This document shows, piece after piece, positions 27,469 to 36,431 of a DNA stretch of 40,709 nt (position 1 is the stretch's first letter; every line of letters starts with the position of its first letter). A program made the position numbers and the translations under genes. This stretch comes from a virus (Duplodnaviria; Caudoviricetes), in the IMG/VR virus record IMGVR_UViG_3300037043_000392, positions 1 to 40,709 of that record; one strand, written 5' to 3'. Under the pieces are notes generated by a model that had not been told where the DNA came from, did no database searches, and was given only the letters and a program-made list of their open reading frames with translations.

Positions 27469-27644
27469 TTGCCGCCGCCCGTCGAGGTGATGAGGCCCTG
27501 GCGCAGGAAGATGCCGACCAGGCCGGTCGTGATGGTCTGGATCGTCGTGCCAAGATCCACCTCGCCCGTGGCGAAGCCGCCCAGGGCGACGACCATGCCG
27601 GCCACCGCGGACCAGAAGGTCTTTGTCCTGAAAATCGCTAGCAT
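27465..27644 (-). CDS. Small two-TM holin-like protein (59 aa)
   Basis: GGAGG RBS; MLAIFRTKTFWSAVAGMVVALGGF...GLVGIFLRQG. Confidence 0.65.
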   Translation of the reverse strand: MLAIFRTKTFWSAVAGMVVALGGFATGEVDLGTTIQTITTGLVGIFLRQGLITSTGGGK

Positions 27645-28039
27645 ATGGCCACCTCCATCTCTTCGCCGGACTTGTTCTTGCCGCGCCAGAAGGCGGGGCC
27701 GCCGAACGCCCGGACGAAAAAGTAGTAGGTCCGCGCCCGACGCAGACGCAGGCGCAGCAAGAGTTTGCTGACAGAACCGGCCGTGATGATGCGCACGCAG
27801 TTGTTGAGCAGGACCCGGTCGGCGAGCTCGCGGTCGAACTCGACCTCGCCGACCCGGTACATGTAGTCGTGCACGGAGCAGGCGGATTTTACGCTGAGGA
27901 GCCACATGGTGTCGGGGACGATCAAATCCCCCAGATACCCCGGCCCGCAGCCCATGCGGGCGCGCTCGGATTCCGGCAGGCGCCAATAGGCCGCGGGGGC
28001 GAAAAGGGTGGCGGTGGCTTTTGGTGAGGGGCTCGGCAT
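27638..28039 (-). CDS. DUF1353-like phage protein
   Basis: GCGP...VPDT...ACSVHDYMY...DRELADRV...YYFFVRAFG. Confidence 0.7.
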   Translation of the reverse strand: MPSPSPKATATLFAPAAYWRLPESERARMGCGPGYLGDLIVPDTMWLLSVKSACSVHDYMYRVGEVEFDRELADRVLLNNCVRIITAGSVSKLLLRLRLRRARTYYFFVRAFGGPAFWRGKNKSGEEMEVAIC

Positions 28040-28060
28040 TATCCGCGTCCGGTAAGGGCC

Positions 28061-28101
28061 AAAAAAAACACCTCGACTGTCCCTGGATGACAGCCGAGGC
28101 G
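28061..28101 (-). terminator. Intrinsic terminator in the late-operon leader
   Basis: CCUCGGCUGUC, 7-nt loop, GACAGUCGAGG (11 bp, one G-U), then UG and U8. Confidence 0.8.
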
Positions 28102-28191
28102 GATTTAATGACCCCACCGATCACAAGTGGCCAGCTTTTCGCTGCGCCGATCGGCCCGGTCGGATAGGTTGTGGTGGTGCTACGGCTTACA

Positions 28192-28220
28192 ATTAAAGCA
28201 AAAACACAACCGGTTGTCAA
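28192..28220 (-). promoter_or_regulatory. Near-consensus sigma70 promoter facing the late operon
   Basis: TTGACA, 17 bp spacer, TTTAAT on the minus strand. Confidence 0.75.
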
Positions 28221-28400
28221 GAAATTTTAAGGCTAACCCTCCCCCCCAGAGGAAGCACCGGGATGGCGCGCATCCGAAAAGGGGGTGCCCAAAAGGTGGT
28301 ATTGCTTCAATATTTACTAATTAGAAATTGATTAATAGGTGTGAATCAAGATGTAAGAAATGCGCGGGTGCTTATGCTGCGTAGATTCGGAGTGCTTTTA

Positions 28401-28904
28401 CTATAAACCATCAATCTCCTTGAGTCTTTCTTTGCAGAAATGTGCATACTCGCTGGCCGGGTATTCCTCAAGCAACTCCCGGGCGTGTTTTCGGCATGCC
28501 GCCCAGTCCTTTTTTACATAAGTTTTTTGAATCAGCCCTATCACCCTGCTTTCAAACTCGATCTGCTTTTTGGCCCGCTCATCCGCCTTTTCCGTCGCCT
28601 CGCGCTGTTTTCTTTCGGCCGCCACGATGTCCGACAGGTCGGTCTGGCAATAACGGCACTTGATCGCTTCCTGTTTTATAATTTCAGCGCAGGATGGGCA
28701 TTTTTTCATCTCCCCGCTTTGCAGCGCCTGCCTCTCCACGCCCTGAACCCGCTTTGAAACTACCAGGGCCAGGATCAGCCCCAACGGTCCGATGAGAAAT
28801 CCGCACAGAAACCAGGCAAATCCGCTGCGTCCCTTATTGGATCCAACGATGCCGGTAATGATCCCGAACAGCAGAAACGCGGCGAAGCCCCAAAAAAAAT
28901 TCAT
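28401..28904 (-). CDS. Membrane zinc-ribbon protein (lysogeny accessory gene)
   Basis: Two TM segments (KGRSGFAWF...GPLG), KKCPSCAEIIKQEAIKCRYC; lower GC; downstream of the repressor. Confidence 0.8.
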   Translation of the reverse strand: MNFFWGFAAFLLFGIITGIVGSNKGRSGFAWFLCGFLIGPLGLILALVVSKRVQGVERQALQSGEMKKCPSCAEIIKQEAIKCRYCQTDLSDIVAAERKQREATEKADERAKKQIEFESRVIGLIQKTYVKKDWAACRKHARELLEEYPASEYAHFCKERLKEIDGL

Positions 28905-28939
28905 TGGCGCACACCTCCAGTCTTAAGTCCGCCAGAACC

Positions 28940-29464
28940 TTACCCGGATGAGATTGCCCTCTTTTGTAACAATTCGTCCTTTTTTTCGGGTGGGTCTCCC
29001 TCGCGGGTTCTTCCCGCAGTCAGCCGGATCGCTTTCTTGATCTCCGCGATCTCTCCCCTCATCACCCCCAGCTCGCGGGCCGTGGTTATCGCCTCGTGGA
29101 ATGAGCGTATGTTCGCGGTCAGCGAGGCGGCATAGCTTTCGTCGGAGTCCAAAACCTCGGAAACCATACGGAGCAGATCGGCTCGCTCGGGGTCCGCCGG
29201 CGGCTCAGTCGGATGTTCGATCGGCTCGCCTTCGCCGGTGAGGAGCCAGTGAAGATTCACCTGCGGGAAGTTTGACGTTATTCCGCGAATAATATGGTAA
29301 GAAGGTCCGCTTCGCAAGCTAAAAATATCACCCAGATAGCCTGATGATATCCCTATTTTACGTGAAAATTCGGACTTTTTCCTATTGTCGAACCCAAGCA
29401 ATTCCATAACACGTGCCAGGCGGTCAGGAAAGTCTCGCGAAATAGCGTCTTTTTTTCTTGACAT
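28940..29464 (-). CDS. Phage repressor (CI-like HTH)
   Basis: KSEFSRKIGISSGYL, VNLHWLLTGEG; divergent from the early operon. Confidence 0.85.
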   Translation of the reverse strand: MSRKKDAISRDFPDRLARVMELLGFDNRKKSEFSRKIGISSGYLGDIFSLRSGPSYHIIRGITSNFPQVNLHWLLTGEGEPIEHPTEPPADPERADLLRMVSEVLDSDESYAASLTANIRSFHEAITTARELGVMRGEIAEIKKAIRLTAGRTREGDPPEKKDELLQKRAISSG

Positions 29465-29487
29465 TTTACGATAGTTCGTAATAATAT
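29458..29487 (+). promoter_or_regulatory. Early promoter with a palindromic operator
   Basis: TTGACA (29458-63) with AATAAT/TAATAT 16-18 bp downstream; inverted repeat TTACGA-TAGT-TCGTAA (29466-81) in the spacer. Confidence 0.7.
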
Positions 29488-29528
29488 TGGTCTAAATGCC
29501 ACCCGCAAATTTCCAAAGGGAGGTCGAA

Positions 29529-29828
29529 ATGCCCGTAACCGAGTACCTGCTGATCATTGTGGCTCTTCTGGCGTTACCGCTTTCAGCTCTGCCATTTTTA
29601 GCTCTTGTATCTGCTCGAACTCCTTGCTCCGAGTTTTTACGATGGTTCGCATTAGCTCGTGCTGATCTATTAGCAACTTCCATGCTTCTTTTTCTTTCTC
29701 AACCGCCAGCCGCGAACTCTCAATCACCACAAGAAACCCAACGGCTGCGAGAGCTACGATCTGAAATCCGACAACTGGAAGAACGGCTGCTATCCCAACT
29801 CGAAGCAGCAGCGCGGTCGAGCAGATGA
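29529..29828 (+). CDS. Hypothetical membrane/coiled-coil protein (overlaps an antisense ORF)
   Basis: GGGAGGT RBS; first ORF after the early promoter. Confidence 0.45.
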   Translation: MPVTEYLLIIVALLALPLSALPFLALVSARTPCSEFLRWFALARADLLATSMLLFLSQPPAANSQSPQETQRLRELRSEIRQLEERLLSQLEAAARSSR

Positions 29829-29904
29829 AGTCCACCACCACGACAGCGGCCACGGCCGTGTATAGGCCCTTGATCTTATGCAGCCACCCAGGGATCGGAA
29901 TCAT
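29554..29904 (-). CDS. Two-TM membrane protein with a charged coiled-coil tail
   Basis: GAGG RBS; protein-like composition. Confidence 0.55.
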   Translation of the reverse strand: MIPIPGWLHKIKGLYTAVAAVVVVDFICSTALLLRVGIAAVLPVVGFQIVALAAVGFLVVIESSRLAVEKEKEAWKLLIDQHELMRTIVKTRSKEFEQIQELKMAELKAVTPEEPQ

Positions 29905-29936
29905 CGATCCTCGCGATATCTAATAAGGAGGTCGCT

Positions 29937-30461
29937 ATGCCAGCCAAAATGCCGCAACCCGAATCCCCCAAGCCCACCCTGTTAGAGCGCATCGAAGCGC
30001 TGGAAGCCCAGTGCAAGAAAGCCATCGAGCGCCACAACCAATTCAACAAGTCCCAGCCCGTGAAGGTCGTGGTCGATGTCCGCCACACGCCTGAGCCGGT
30101 GCCCACAATGCTCGCACGCGGCGAGGCCCCCCGCTCGGCGCGCCAGAAGGACAGCTGCCCCGACCTCGGTAAATGCAAGGCCGAGGTCGACGAGAACATC
30201 GGCTGGACATGCACCAACTGCCCCCGCCGGCCGGACCTGGTGGAACTCACCGACAAGCAGGAAAACGAAATCGCCTTCCGGATCATCGAGCTGCTCGACG
30301 GCGCGCCTATGGGCCGCGCGCTGCACACTCTAGAGGAAGCCCGGAGTCTGATGCTCAACTGTCACACGGTCCAAACCAGTGGGCGCCGGTATGTTGCCCA
30401 CAAGGCCGCGTGCGAAGAGCATTTCAGCCACGCGCTTGGCCCAATGGGATTCCCGCTGTGA
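29937..30461 (+). CDS. Hypothetical early protein
   Basis: TAAGGAGGT RBS; 174 aa; several Cys. Confidence 0.7.
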   Translation: MPAKMPQPESPKPTLLERIEALEAQCKKAIERHNQFNKSQPVKVVVDVRHTPEPVPTMLARGEAPRSARQKDSCPDLGKCKAEVDENIGWTCTNCPRRPDLVELTDKQENEIAFRIIELLDGAPMGRALHTLEEARSLMLNCHTVQTSGRRYVAHKAACEEHFSHALGPMGFPL

Positions 30462-30477
30462 ACCCACCCACAAAAGA

Positions 30478-30672
30478 TCAGCGCGGGTCTTTCAGGTAAC
30501 CAAGAACCCGCTCGCGAAAGGCGAACGTCGTTTGGACAGCGAGCTTCAAAAAATCTTCACCGTCTATCTTCTTGTTTTCTGCTTCCCACTGTTCGCGGAG
30601 CTGAGTGGCAAGCATGACCATTTGCGAAACATAGATACCGGTCAAAAGCTCTTTCTCGTTGGGATCCAGCAT
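30478..30672 (-). CDS. Small hypothetical protein antisense to the early operon
   Basis: AAGGAGGT RBS; 64 aa helical. Confidence 0.65.
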   Translation of the reverse strand: MLDPNEKELLTGIYVSQMVMLATQLREQWEAENKKIDGEDFLKLAVQTTFAFRERVLGYLKDPR

Positions 30673-30701
30673 TCAAACACCTCCTTCGAAAGAGGTTGAA
30701 C

Positions 30702-30911
30702 ATGCCCCGCGACGAACGGTGCCGCAAATTCAAGGAGTGCCTGGCCGGCCTCGGCGAGTCCGAGATCGACTGGCACTGCGAGCACTGCGACGGACCCGAC
30801 TTCGACGACCGTCCGTCCGAAGAGGCCGCAATCGTGCTGCGCGCCCTGGAATCGCCAAAGGTCCGGGAACGTCTGCGCGAAATCCTGCGGCCGCCTATTA
30901 ATAAGGAGTAG
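30702..30911 (+). CDS. Small Cys-containing early protein
   Basis: GAGGT RBS; CEHC motif. Confidence 0.6.
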   Translation: MPRDERCRKFKECLAGLGESEIDWHCEHCDGPDFDDRPSEEAAIVLRALESPKVRERLREILRPPINKE

Positions 30912-30915
30912 ACCC

Positions 30916-31167
30916 ATGACGCCGAAAAAAATCATCGCGAAAATCAAGGCCAGTGGATCCACACAATCGAAAATAGCCGTGGAACTGGGGGTCTCACCGT
31001 CCACCGTTTTCCGAGTGATCAACCGCCTGGGTGTCTCCGACCGTATCATGCGAGCGGTCGCAGACGTTGTTGGCGAACCTGTTCATGACGTTTTTCCAGA
31101 GTACTACCTTGCCGCGCCAAAGACGAAGCGCAGCAAGGCCTTCGGTTCGAAGCCGAAGTCAAAGTGA
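30916..31167 (+). CDS. ner: Ner/Cro-like HTH regulator
   Basis: MTPKKIIAKIKASGSTQSKIAVELGVSPSTV...VFPEYY; upstream of the transposase. Confidence 0.82.
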   Translation: MTPKKIIAKIKASGSTQSKIAVELGVSPSTVFRVINRLGVSDRIMRAVADVVGEPVHDVFPEYYLAAPKTKRSKAFGSKPKSK

Positions 31168-31216
31168 TGAATGGTCGCCCGACTGTATTTTTAGACCAAT
31201 TCTAACGGTCAAGTCA

Positions 31217-31690
31217 ATGTCGATCTCCAAGCAAAAAATAGACACCCGCCAGATCACGATCTTCGACTACCTGGAGCGCCGCCAGGCCGAGCGCGAGCAG
31301 GCCGTCCCGCGGGCCGGGGCCCTCGACATCGACCGGCGCTTCCGCGAGACGGTTTCGGACGCCCTCAAGCACTGCAAGCTTTCCCGGTTCGGCGTGGCCG
31401 CCCGCATGAGCGAACTTTGCGGGGTGGAGATCACCAAGAGCCAGCTGGATTCCTGGACGGCCGAATCCAAGGAGAGCCACCGCTTTCCCGCGATCTACCT
31501 GCCCGCCTTCTGCGAGGCCGTCGGATCGACCGAGCCGCTCGTGCTGCTCTCCGAGCTGATGGGGGTATTCGTGCTGCCGGGGCCGACGGCGCTCAGGGCC
31601 GAGATCAGGAAGATCGAGGAGGAGATTTCGGTGAAGCAGAAGGAAAAGCGCAAGCGAATGATGTTCCTGTCCGAGATGGAGCGGAGCTGA
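31217..31690 (+). CDS. Phage regulatory protein typical of the ner-A interval
   Basis: SRFGVAARMSEL.G.EITKSQLDSWTAESKE.HRFP...LPAFC. Confidence 0.75.
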   Translation: MSISKQKIDTRQITIFDYLERRQAEREQAVPRAGALDIDRRFRETVSDALKHCKLSRFGVAARMSELCGVEITKSQLDSWTAESKESHRFPAIYLPAFCEAVGSTEPLVLLSELMGVFVLPGPTALRAEIRKIEEEISVKQKEKRKRMMFLSEMERS

Positions 31691-31694
31691 CCTT

Positions 31695-33809
31695 ATGCAG
31701 GCACCGTGCGCGTCCAGTGCAAACGAGATCGTCGCGACCGAAAACATCCCGGCCATCACCGCGCCGGCGCCCTCCCGCACGGCGCTTGCCAAGGCCGATC
31801 TGCTGGCCCACTACGCCGCCGCCCTTGCGGCCGCGGGCCGGGGCAACCGCAGCCGGGCGCGCGAGGAGTTCGTGGCCGGGTACAACAGCGGCATTGCCTA
31901 TCCATTGATATTCGACATCCTGGGGACGGTCTCCTGGCAGACGCTCGATCGCTGGCATTCGCGCCTGCAGGCGGCGCCGGCGGAAGCGGATCTGTCCGAC
32001 CGCCGTGGCGCCTGGAAGCGCGGACTGCGGGGGCTGACCAAGGACCAGCGCGACATCCTGGTCTGCTGCTCCCTGCACCCGAACGCGCTGCACATCTCCG
32101 AGGCGATCCGGATGGCGCACGGGGTGATGGCCGCCCAGGGGATAAAAAACGGCCACTCCGAGCGCACCTACCGCCGGTTCCTCGAACACTGGCGCAGCAG
32201 GAACTTCGGCAAGTGGGTCTTCAGCCGCGAGGGCAAGGCCTCCTGGAACGACCAGTGCGCGCTCTACCTCGAACGCGACCCGGAGAAGATCGAGGTGGGC
32301 GATATCCTGGTGGCCGACGGGCATCGCCTTAATTTCGAGATCATAAACCCCTACACCGGCAAGCCCAAGCGCATGACCCTGATCGGCTGGTTCGACATGC
32401 GCTCCTCCTTTCTGCTCGGCTGGGACATCACGCCGAACGAGGACACGGCCTCGATCGCCGCCGCCCTGCGCCGCGCCATCCTGCGCCTGGGGAAGATACC
32501 GAAGCTCGCCTATATGGACAACGGCAAGGCGTTCGCCAGCCGCTTCTTCAACGGCGCGGACCTTTCCCAGTGCGGGTTCACCGGGCTTTTCGGCCGGCTC
32601 GGGATCGAGACCGTTTTCGCCTGGCCCTACCACGGGCAGTCAAAAACCATCGAGCGCTTCTTCGGGACCTTCTCCGAGCTGGAGCGCCTGGCGCCCTCCT
32701 ACACCGGAACCTCCATCGAGAAAAAGCCCGCCTACCTCAAGCGCGGCGAGCCGGTCCACGCCCGCCAGCACGAGGCGCTGACCGGAGGCGCCGTGCCGAC
32801 GCTCGAGCAGGCGCACCTGGCGATAGGCGCGTGGCTCGACCAGTACCACACCCGGCCGCAGTCCGGCGCCTACCTTCCCGGCAAGACCCCGATGGAGGTC
32901 TTCGAGGCCGGCCGCGGCCCCGGAATAGACCGGCTGGCGCTGCTCTACCTGATGATGGCCGACGGCACGCGCACGATCGGGCGGAACGGGATCTCTCTGA
33001 ACGGATGCCACTACTGGCACGAGGCGCTTTCCGAGCGGCGGCACGCGGTGACCATCCGCTACGACCTGCAGGACCGGTCGGCCATCTACGTCTTCGACGA
33101 GCGCGGGGAGTACATCTGCGAGGCCCGGCCGCGGGGGAAGCTGCACCCGGCCGCCTGGCACTTGGGAAGCGATGAGGACCGGGACCAGCTCGACCGGCAC
33201 ATCCGGATGAAAAAGGACCAGGAGCGGCGGGACTCCTCCTGGTCGCGGCAGTTCGTGCAGGAGACGGTTCTGCCCGAGACCCGGCGGCAGCTGCAGCGGA
33301 TCGGGTTCGACCCGGCCGCGGCCGGCGCCGTGGACGTTGCGGCCGAACCCGTCTCCGGCAAGGTCCGTAGGCTGCCGCCGCCGCTATCGAAGGAGGAGTG
33401 GGAGGCGAAGGAGCAGCTTGACGCCGGGATAGCTGCGGCGCGCGAGGCCGAGCGGCGGGAGGATCTTGCGCAGGCGGAGGCGGCCGAGGAGGCCATGCGC
33501 CAGATGCGCGAGAAGATGGGAATCGGTATCCGCCGGCAAGACGCCGCGCCCGATCTGCCGATCGCGCCCGAGACGATCCTTGACGACGGCCCGGAGATGT
33601 GGCGCGCGCTGCCGCTGCTTTCCGAGGAGCTGCGCTACGAGAAGCTGACCGAGCTGGAGGGCCGCGACATATTGATTCCCCAGCAGTGGCGGGCCTTCAT
33701 GCGCTACTTCGAGCAGACCGAGCAGTGGAAGCGCCGCGAGGACCACTACGACGAGATCCGGTTCAAGGCCCGCGCGGCCGCGATGGACAACCGTGGGGCC
33801 GCGACATGA
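31695..33809 (+). CDS. MuA-like DDE transposase
   Basis: VADGH / YMDNGKAF / SKTIERFF catalytic triad; C-terminal RNGI...VTIRYDLQD...IYVFD..G.YICEA. Confidence 0.95.
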   Translation: MQAPCASSANEIVATENIPAITAPAPSRTALAKADLLAHYAAALAAAGRGNRSRAREEFVAGYNSGIAYPLIFDILGTVSWQTLDRWHSRLQAAPAEADLSDRRGAWKRGLRGLTKDQRDILVCCSLHPNALHISEAIRMAHGVMAAQGIKNGHSERTYRRFLEHWRSRNFGKWVFSREGKASWNDQCALYLERDPEKIEVGDILVADGHRLNFEIINPYTGKPKRMTLIGWFDMRSSFLLGWDITPNEDTASIAAALRRAILRLGKIPKLAYMDNGKAFASRFFNGADLSQCGFTGLFGRLGIETVFAWPYHGQSKTIERFFGTFSELERLAPSYTGTSIEKKPAYLKRGEPVHARQHEALTGGAVPTLEQAHLAIGAWLDQYHTRPQSGAYLPGKTPMEVFEAGRGPGIDRLALLYLMMADGTRTIGRNGISLNGCHYWHEALSERRHAVTIRYDLQDRSAIYVFDERGEYICEARPRGKLHPAAWHLGSDEDRDQLDRHIRMKKDQERRDSSWSRQFVQETVLPETRRQLQRIGFDPAAAGAVDVAAEPVSGKVRRLPPPLSKEEWEAKEQLDAGIAAAREAERREDLAQAEAAEEAMRQMREKMGIGIRRQDAAPDLPIAPETILDDGPEMWRALPLLSEELRYEKLTELEGRDILIPQQWRAFMRYFEQTEQWKRREDHYDEIRFKARAAAMDNRGAAT

Positions 33810-34030
33810 AGACGCTCACCGCCTTGACGCTGCTGTCGTGCCTTTGCATTTCCGTGTTTTCGGCCTGGATCGCCTGGGACTCCAGGAACGCGCTCGATGC
33901 GCTCTGCGCCGAGATCGTTTCGCGCTGGAAGTCCCACGAGGCGCAGAAGGCCAGGGGCGACATCGCCCTGGACGAATTGGAAAAGGCGCTCAAGCGCCTG
34001 AACAGGAAAATGGGAGGTGTGCCCAGATGA
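33806..34030 (+). CDS. Small membrane-anchored protein
   Basis: ATGA coupling to the transposase stop; hydrophobic N-terminus. Confidence 0.6.
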   Translation: MKTLTALTLLSCLCISVFSAWIAWDSRNALDALCAEIVSRWKSHEAQKARGDIALDELEKALKRLNRKMGGVPR

Positions 34031-34212
34031 AGACGTTGTGCGCCTGGTGCGGGTACGTGATGGCGGAAGGATCGTCCGCCGGGCCGGTCAGTCACGGGAT
34101 TTGCGGCCCCTGTGCCGCGATCGTGCTGGGAGAAATGGAGGGGGCGGATGCTGCGAGCACCCGCCCCGGAGAGATGAACCTGAAACACACGGAGAGATTG
34201 GAGGTTCGATGA
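34027..34212 (+). CDS. Small zinc-finger protein
   Basis: MKTLCAWCG...SHGICGPC; ATGA coupling; GGAGG RBS. Confidence 0.7.
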   Translation: MKTLCAWCGYVMAEGSSAGPVSHGICGPCAAIVLGEMEGADAASTRPGEMNLKHTERLEVR

Positions 34213-34937
34213 AGAGAATACAGATCAAGGAAACCTTTGTCAATACCCGGAACGTCCGGAACTTCCAGTTGATGATGGGCGGGCTGGCCCTGGGCGATGG
34301 CAAGGGGCGCTTCGGGGTGGTCTTCGGCCAGGCGGGCCTGGGCAAAACCACGGCCGTGGACAACTGGTACGGCAACAACCCGAGCCACTACCTGCGCCTG
34401 GCCAAGGTGTGGTCCCCCACGGATTTTCTGTTCGCGCTCGCCCGCGAGCTGAAGGTGGTTGACCCGGTGCGCCGGCGCGGGGTGCTCTTCACCGAGATCG
34501 TGGACAAGCTGATCGCGGCCCCGGCGCCGCTTTTCATTGACGAGATCGACAAGATGCCGGCCGAGTTTCTGGAGATCCTGCGGGATCTGGCCGACATGAC
34601 CGGCGCGGCCGTGGTGCTGGTGGGCGAGGAGAGCCTGGTGCGCAAGGTCCAGATGAACCGCCGGGTGTGGAGCCGGGTCTATCAGCAGCTCGCCTTCGGG
34701 CCGATCGCGGTGGACGACGTGGCGAAGCTCTTCGCCGATTCCTGCGGGCTGAAGATGGGGCTGCCGGTCGCGAAGTTCGTGCACGAGCGCAGCCAGGGCA
34801 ACTGGCGCGACGTGTACCGCTTCATGCTGGTGGCCAGCCAGTACTGCGAGCACAAGGAGACCTTCGAGCTTTCCGACGAGATCGCCCGGATCGTGGACCG
34901 CGAGATGCTGAGAAGCCGCGGCCAGGCGAAGGAGTAG
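34209..34937 (+). CDS. MuB-like AAA+ transposition ATPase
   Basis: Walker A GQAGLGKT, Walker B LFIDEID, VVLVGE, WSRV, GNWR. Confidence 0.93.
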   Translation: MKRIQIKETFVNTRNVRNFQLMMGGLALGDGKGRFGVVFGQAGLGKTTAVDNWYGNNPSHYLRLAKVWSPTDFLFALARELKVVDPVRRRGVLFTEIVDKLIAAPAPLFIDEIDKMPAEFLEILRDLADMTGAAVVLVGEESLVRKVQMNRRVWSRVYQQLAFGPIAVDDVAKLFADSCGLKMGLPVAKFVHERSQGNWRDVYRFMLVASQYCEHKETFELSDEIARIVDREMLRSRGQAKE

Positions 34938-34940
34938 CCC

Positions 34941-35519
34941 ATGAGGCGCAACGAGAGCTTCGCCGAGCGGGCGCGGGCGGTCATAAAGGAGCTTGGCGCC
35001 GGCGGCGCGGAGGTTACCACCCAGGCGGTGGCGGACCGCATGGACCTGATCTTCGACCGCGAGAAGCGCATCCTGTACCAGGCGATCTCCGACATGGTGG
35101 AACGCGGGGAGCTGAAGAAGGCCCGGCCCGGCGTCTACCATTACGAAGGGGTGCCGGAACGGGCCTTCGAGAAGCGCGAGGTGATGTGGCGGGTGCTGCG
35201 GGCAAGGAAGAAGGTGACGGCCCGCTACCTCGCCATGCACTCCGGGGCCAAGATCGAGTACGTGCGCGAGTGGCTGGCGGCGCTCGCCCGCCAGGAGATC
35301 GTGCGGCGCACTACGAAGGCCGGCATCGAGGGCGAGTACCAGCTGATTTCAGACCGGGTGGAGATGCCCGGAGACGATGCCAAGGCCGACCGCCTGCGCA
35401 ATATGCGCGAGCTTAAGAAAGCCGCCAACGCGGCCATCGACCGGGCGCTCAAGGCCCACATGGAGGCCTACCAGGCGCTCGTGGACGCCCGGATCGCCGT
35501 GGGCGGAATGGAGGAGTGA
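34941..35519 (+). CDS. Winged-helix DNA-binding protein
   Basis: Two wHTH-like repeats; follows MuB. Confidence 0.7.
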   Translation: MRRNESFAERARAVIKELGAGGAEVTTQAVADRMDLIFDREKRILYQAISDMVERGELKKARPGVYHYEGVPERAFEKREVMWRVLRARKKVTARYLAMHSGAKIEYVREWLAALARQEIVRRTTKAGIEGEYQLISDRVEMPGDDAKADRLRNMRELKKAANAAIDRALKAHMEAYQALVDARIAVGGMEE

Positions 35520-35749
35520 CGATGGACCAGATCCCTCTCGAAGAGGCTTTGATGTGCGTCAACTGCAACACGATCGTGCGGATGCCCAGGCAATACTGCC
35601 CGCACTGCGCGGGCGAGCACCTGGTGGCGATCGGCATATGGTTGAACCCGAGGCCGAGGCTCCATTCTGGAGACGCGGCGAGTTTCATTTGTCACGACCG
35701 GAAGCTCGCTGACCTTGAATCATCAAACAGCTACAAGGTTCCGACGTGA
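35516..35749 (+). CDS. Small zinc-ribbon protein
   Basis: CVNC...CPHC; overlap-coupled. Confidence 0.65.
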   Translation: MTMDQIPLEEALMCVNCNTIVRMPRQYCPHCAGEHLVAIGIWLNPRPRLHSGDAASFICHDRKLADLESSNSYKVPT

Positions 35750-36141
35750 TCACCAACCGCCAGAAAGCCTTGATCCACGTGGCCCGGCAGAAGACCGGCA
35801 TGACCGAAGACGAGTACCGTGCGCTTCTTTCGGGCTTCGGCGTGCAGAGCTCGACCCAGCTCAGCCAGGTCAAGTTCGAATCGGTCATGGCGCATTTCGC
35901 GAAGATGGGGTTCCGGCGGCTCGCGGGGGCCTCGGCCAAGCACAAGACCTCCCGCGAGCTCTTGCGCGGCAAGGTGCGCAAGCTGCTCATCGAGCTGCAC
36001 CTGACCGACTCCTACGTGGACGGCATCGCCAAGAGCCGCTTCGGCGTGGACACGTGGGCGTGGCTGGACGCGAAAAACCTTCACAAACTGGTGGCCATGC
36101 TGGTCTACCACCAGCAGCGGCAGCGGAAAAAGGCGGGATGA
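35746..36141 (+). CDS. GemA / gp16-like (DUF1018) protein
   Basis: QKALIHVARQKTGMTEDEYRALL...SSTQLS...F.KMGF. Confidence 0.85.
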   Translation: MITNRQKALIHVARQKTGMTEDEYRALLSGFGVQSSTQLSQVKFESVMAHFAKMGFRRLAGASAKHKTSRELLRGKVRKLLIELHLTDSYVDGIAKSRFGVDTWAWLDAKNLHKLVAMLVYHQQRQRKKAG

Positions 36142-36431
36142 GGCGGCGGCTGGAGGAGCTTTCACCGCATTTCGTGGAACGCTGGGAAGAGCGCGTGGGT
36201 GGCGTTCCGGGGATCGAAATGGTCCGGACCATCATGAACGATTCGGCGCCGATCATCGACTGCATTGAGTTCCGCGACCGCTGCGGCACCTGGCGCTGCC
36301 AACCGGCCATCTACTGGCACCCGGACCTGCAGCTGGTCCTTAAGATAGACCACACCAACGGAAGGGCCATCTCGGTGATGAGCCGGGATGAATGGCTGAA
36401 GCGCGTAAGGAGAAGGCCATGCAGGAACTGA
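36138..36431 (+). CDS. Hypothetical protein
   Basis: ATGA coupling; LSPHFVERWEERV. Confidence 0.6.
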   Translation: MRRRLEELSPHFVERWEERVGGVPGIEMVRTIMNDSAPIIDCIEFRDRCGTWRCQPAIYWHPDLQLVLKIDHTNGRAISVMSRDEWLKRVRRRPCRN

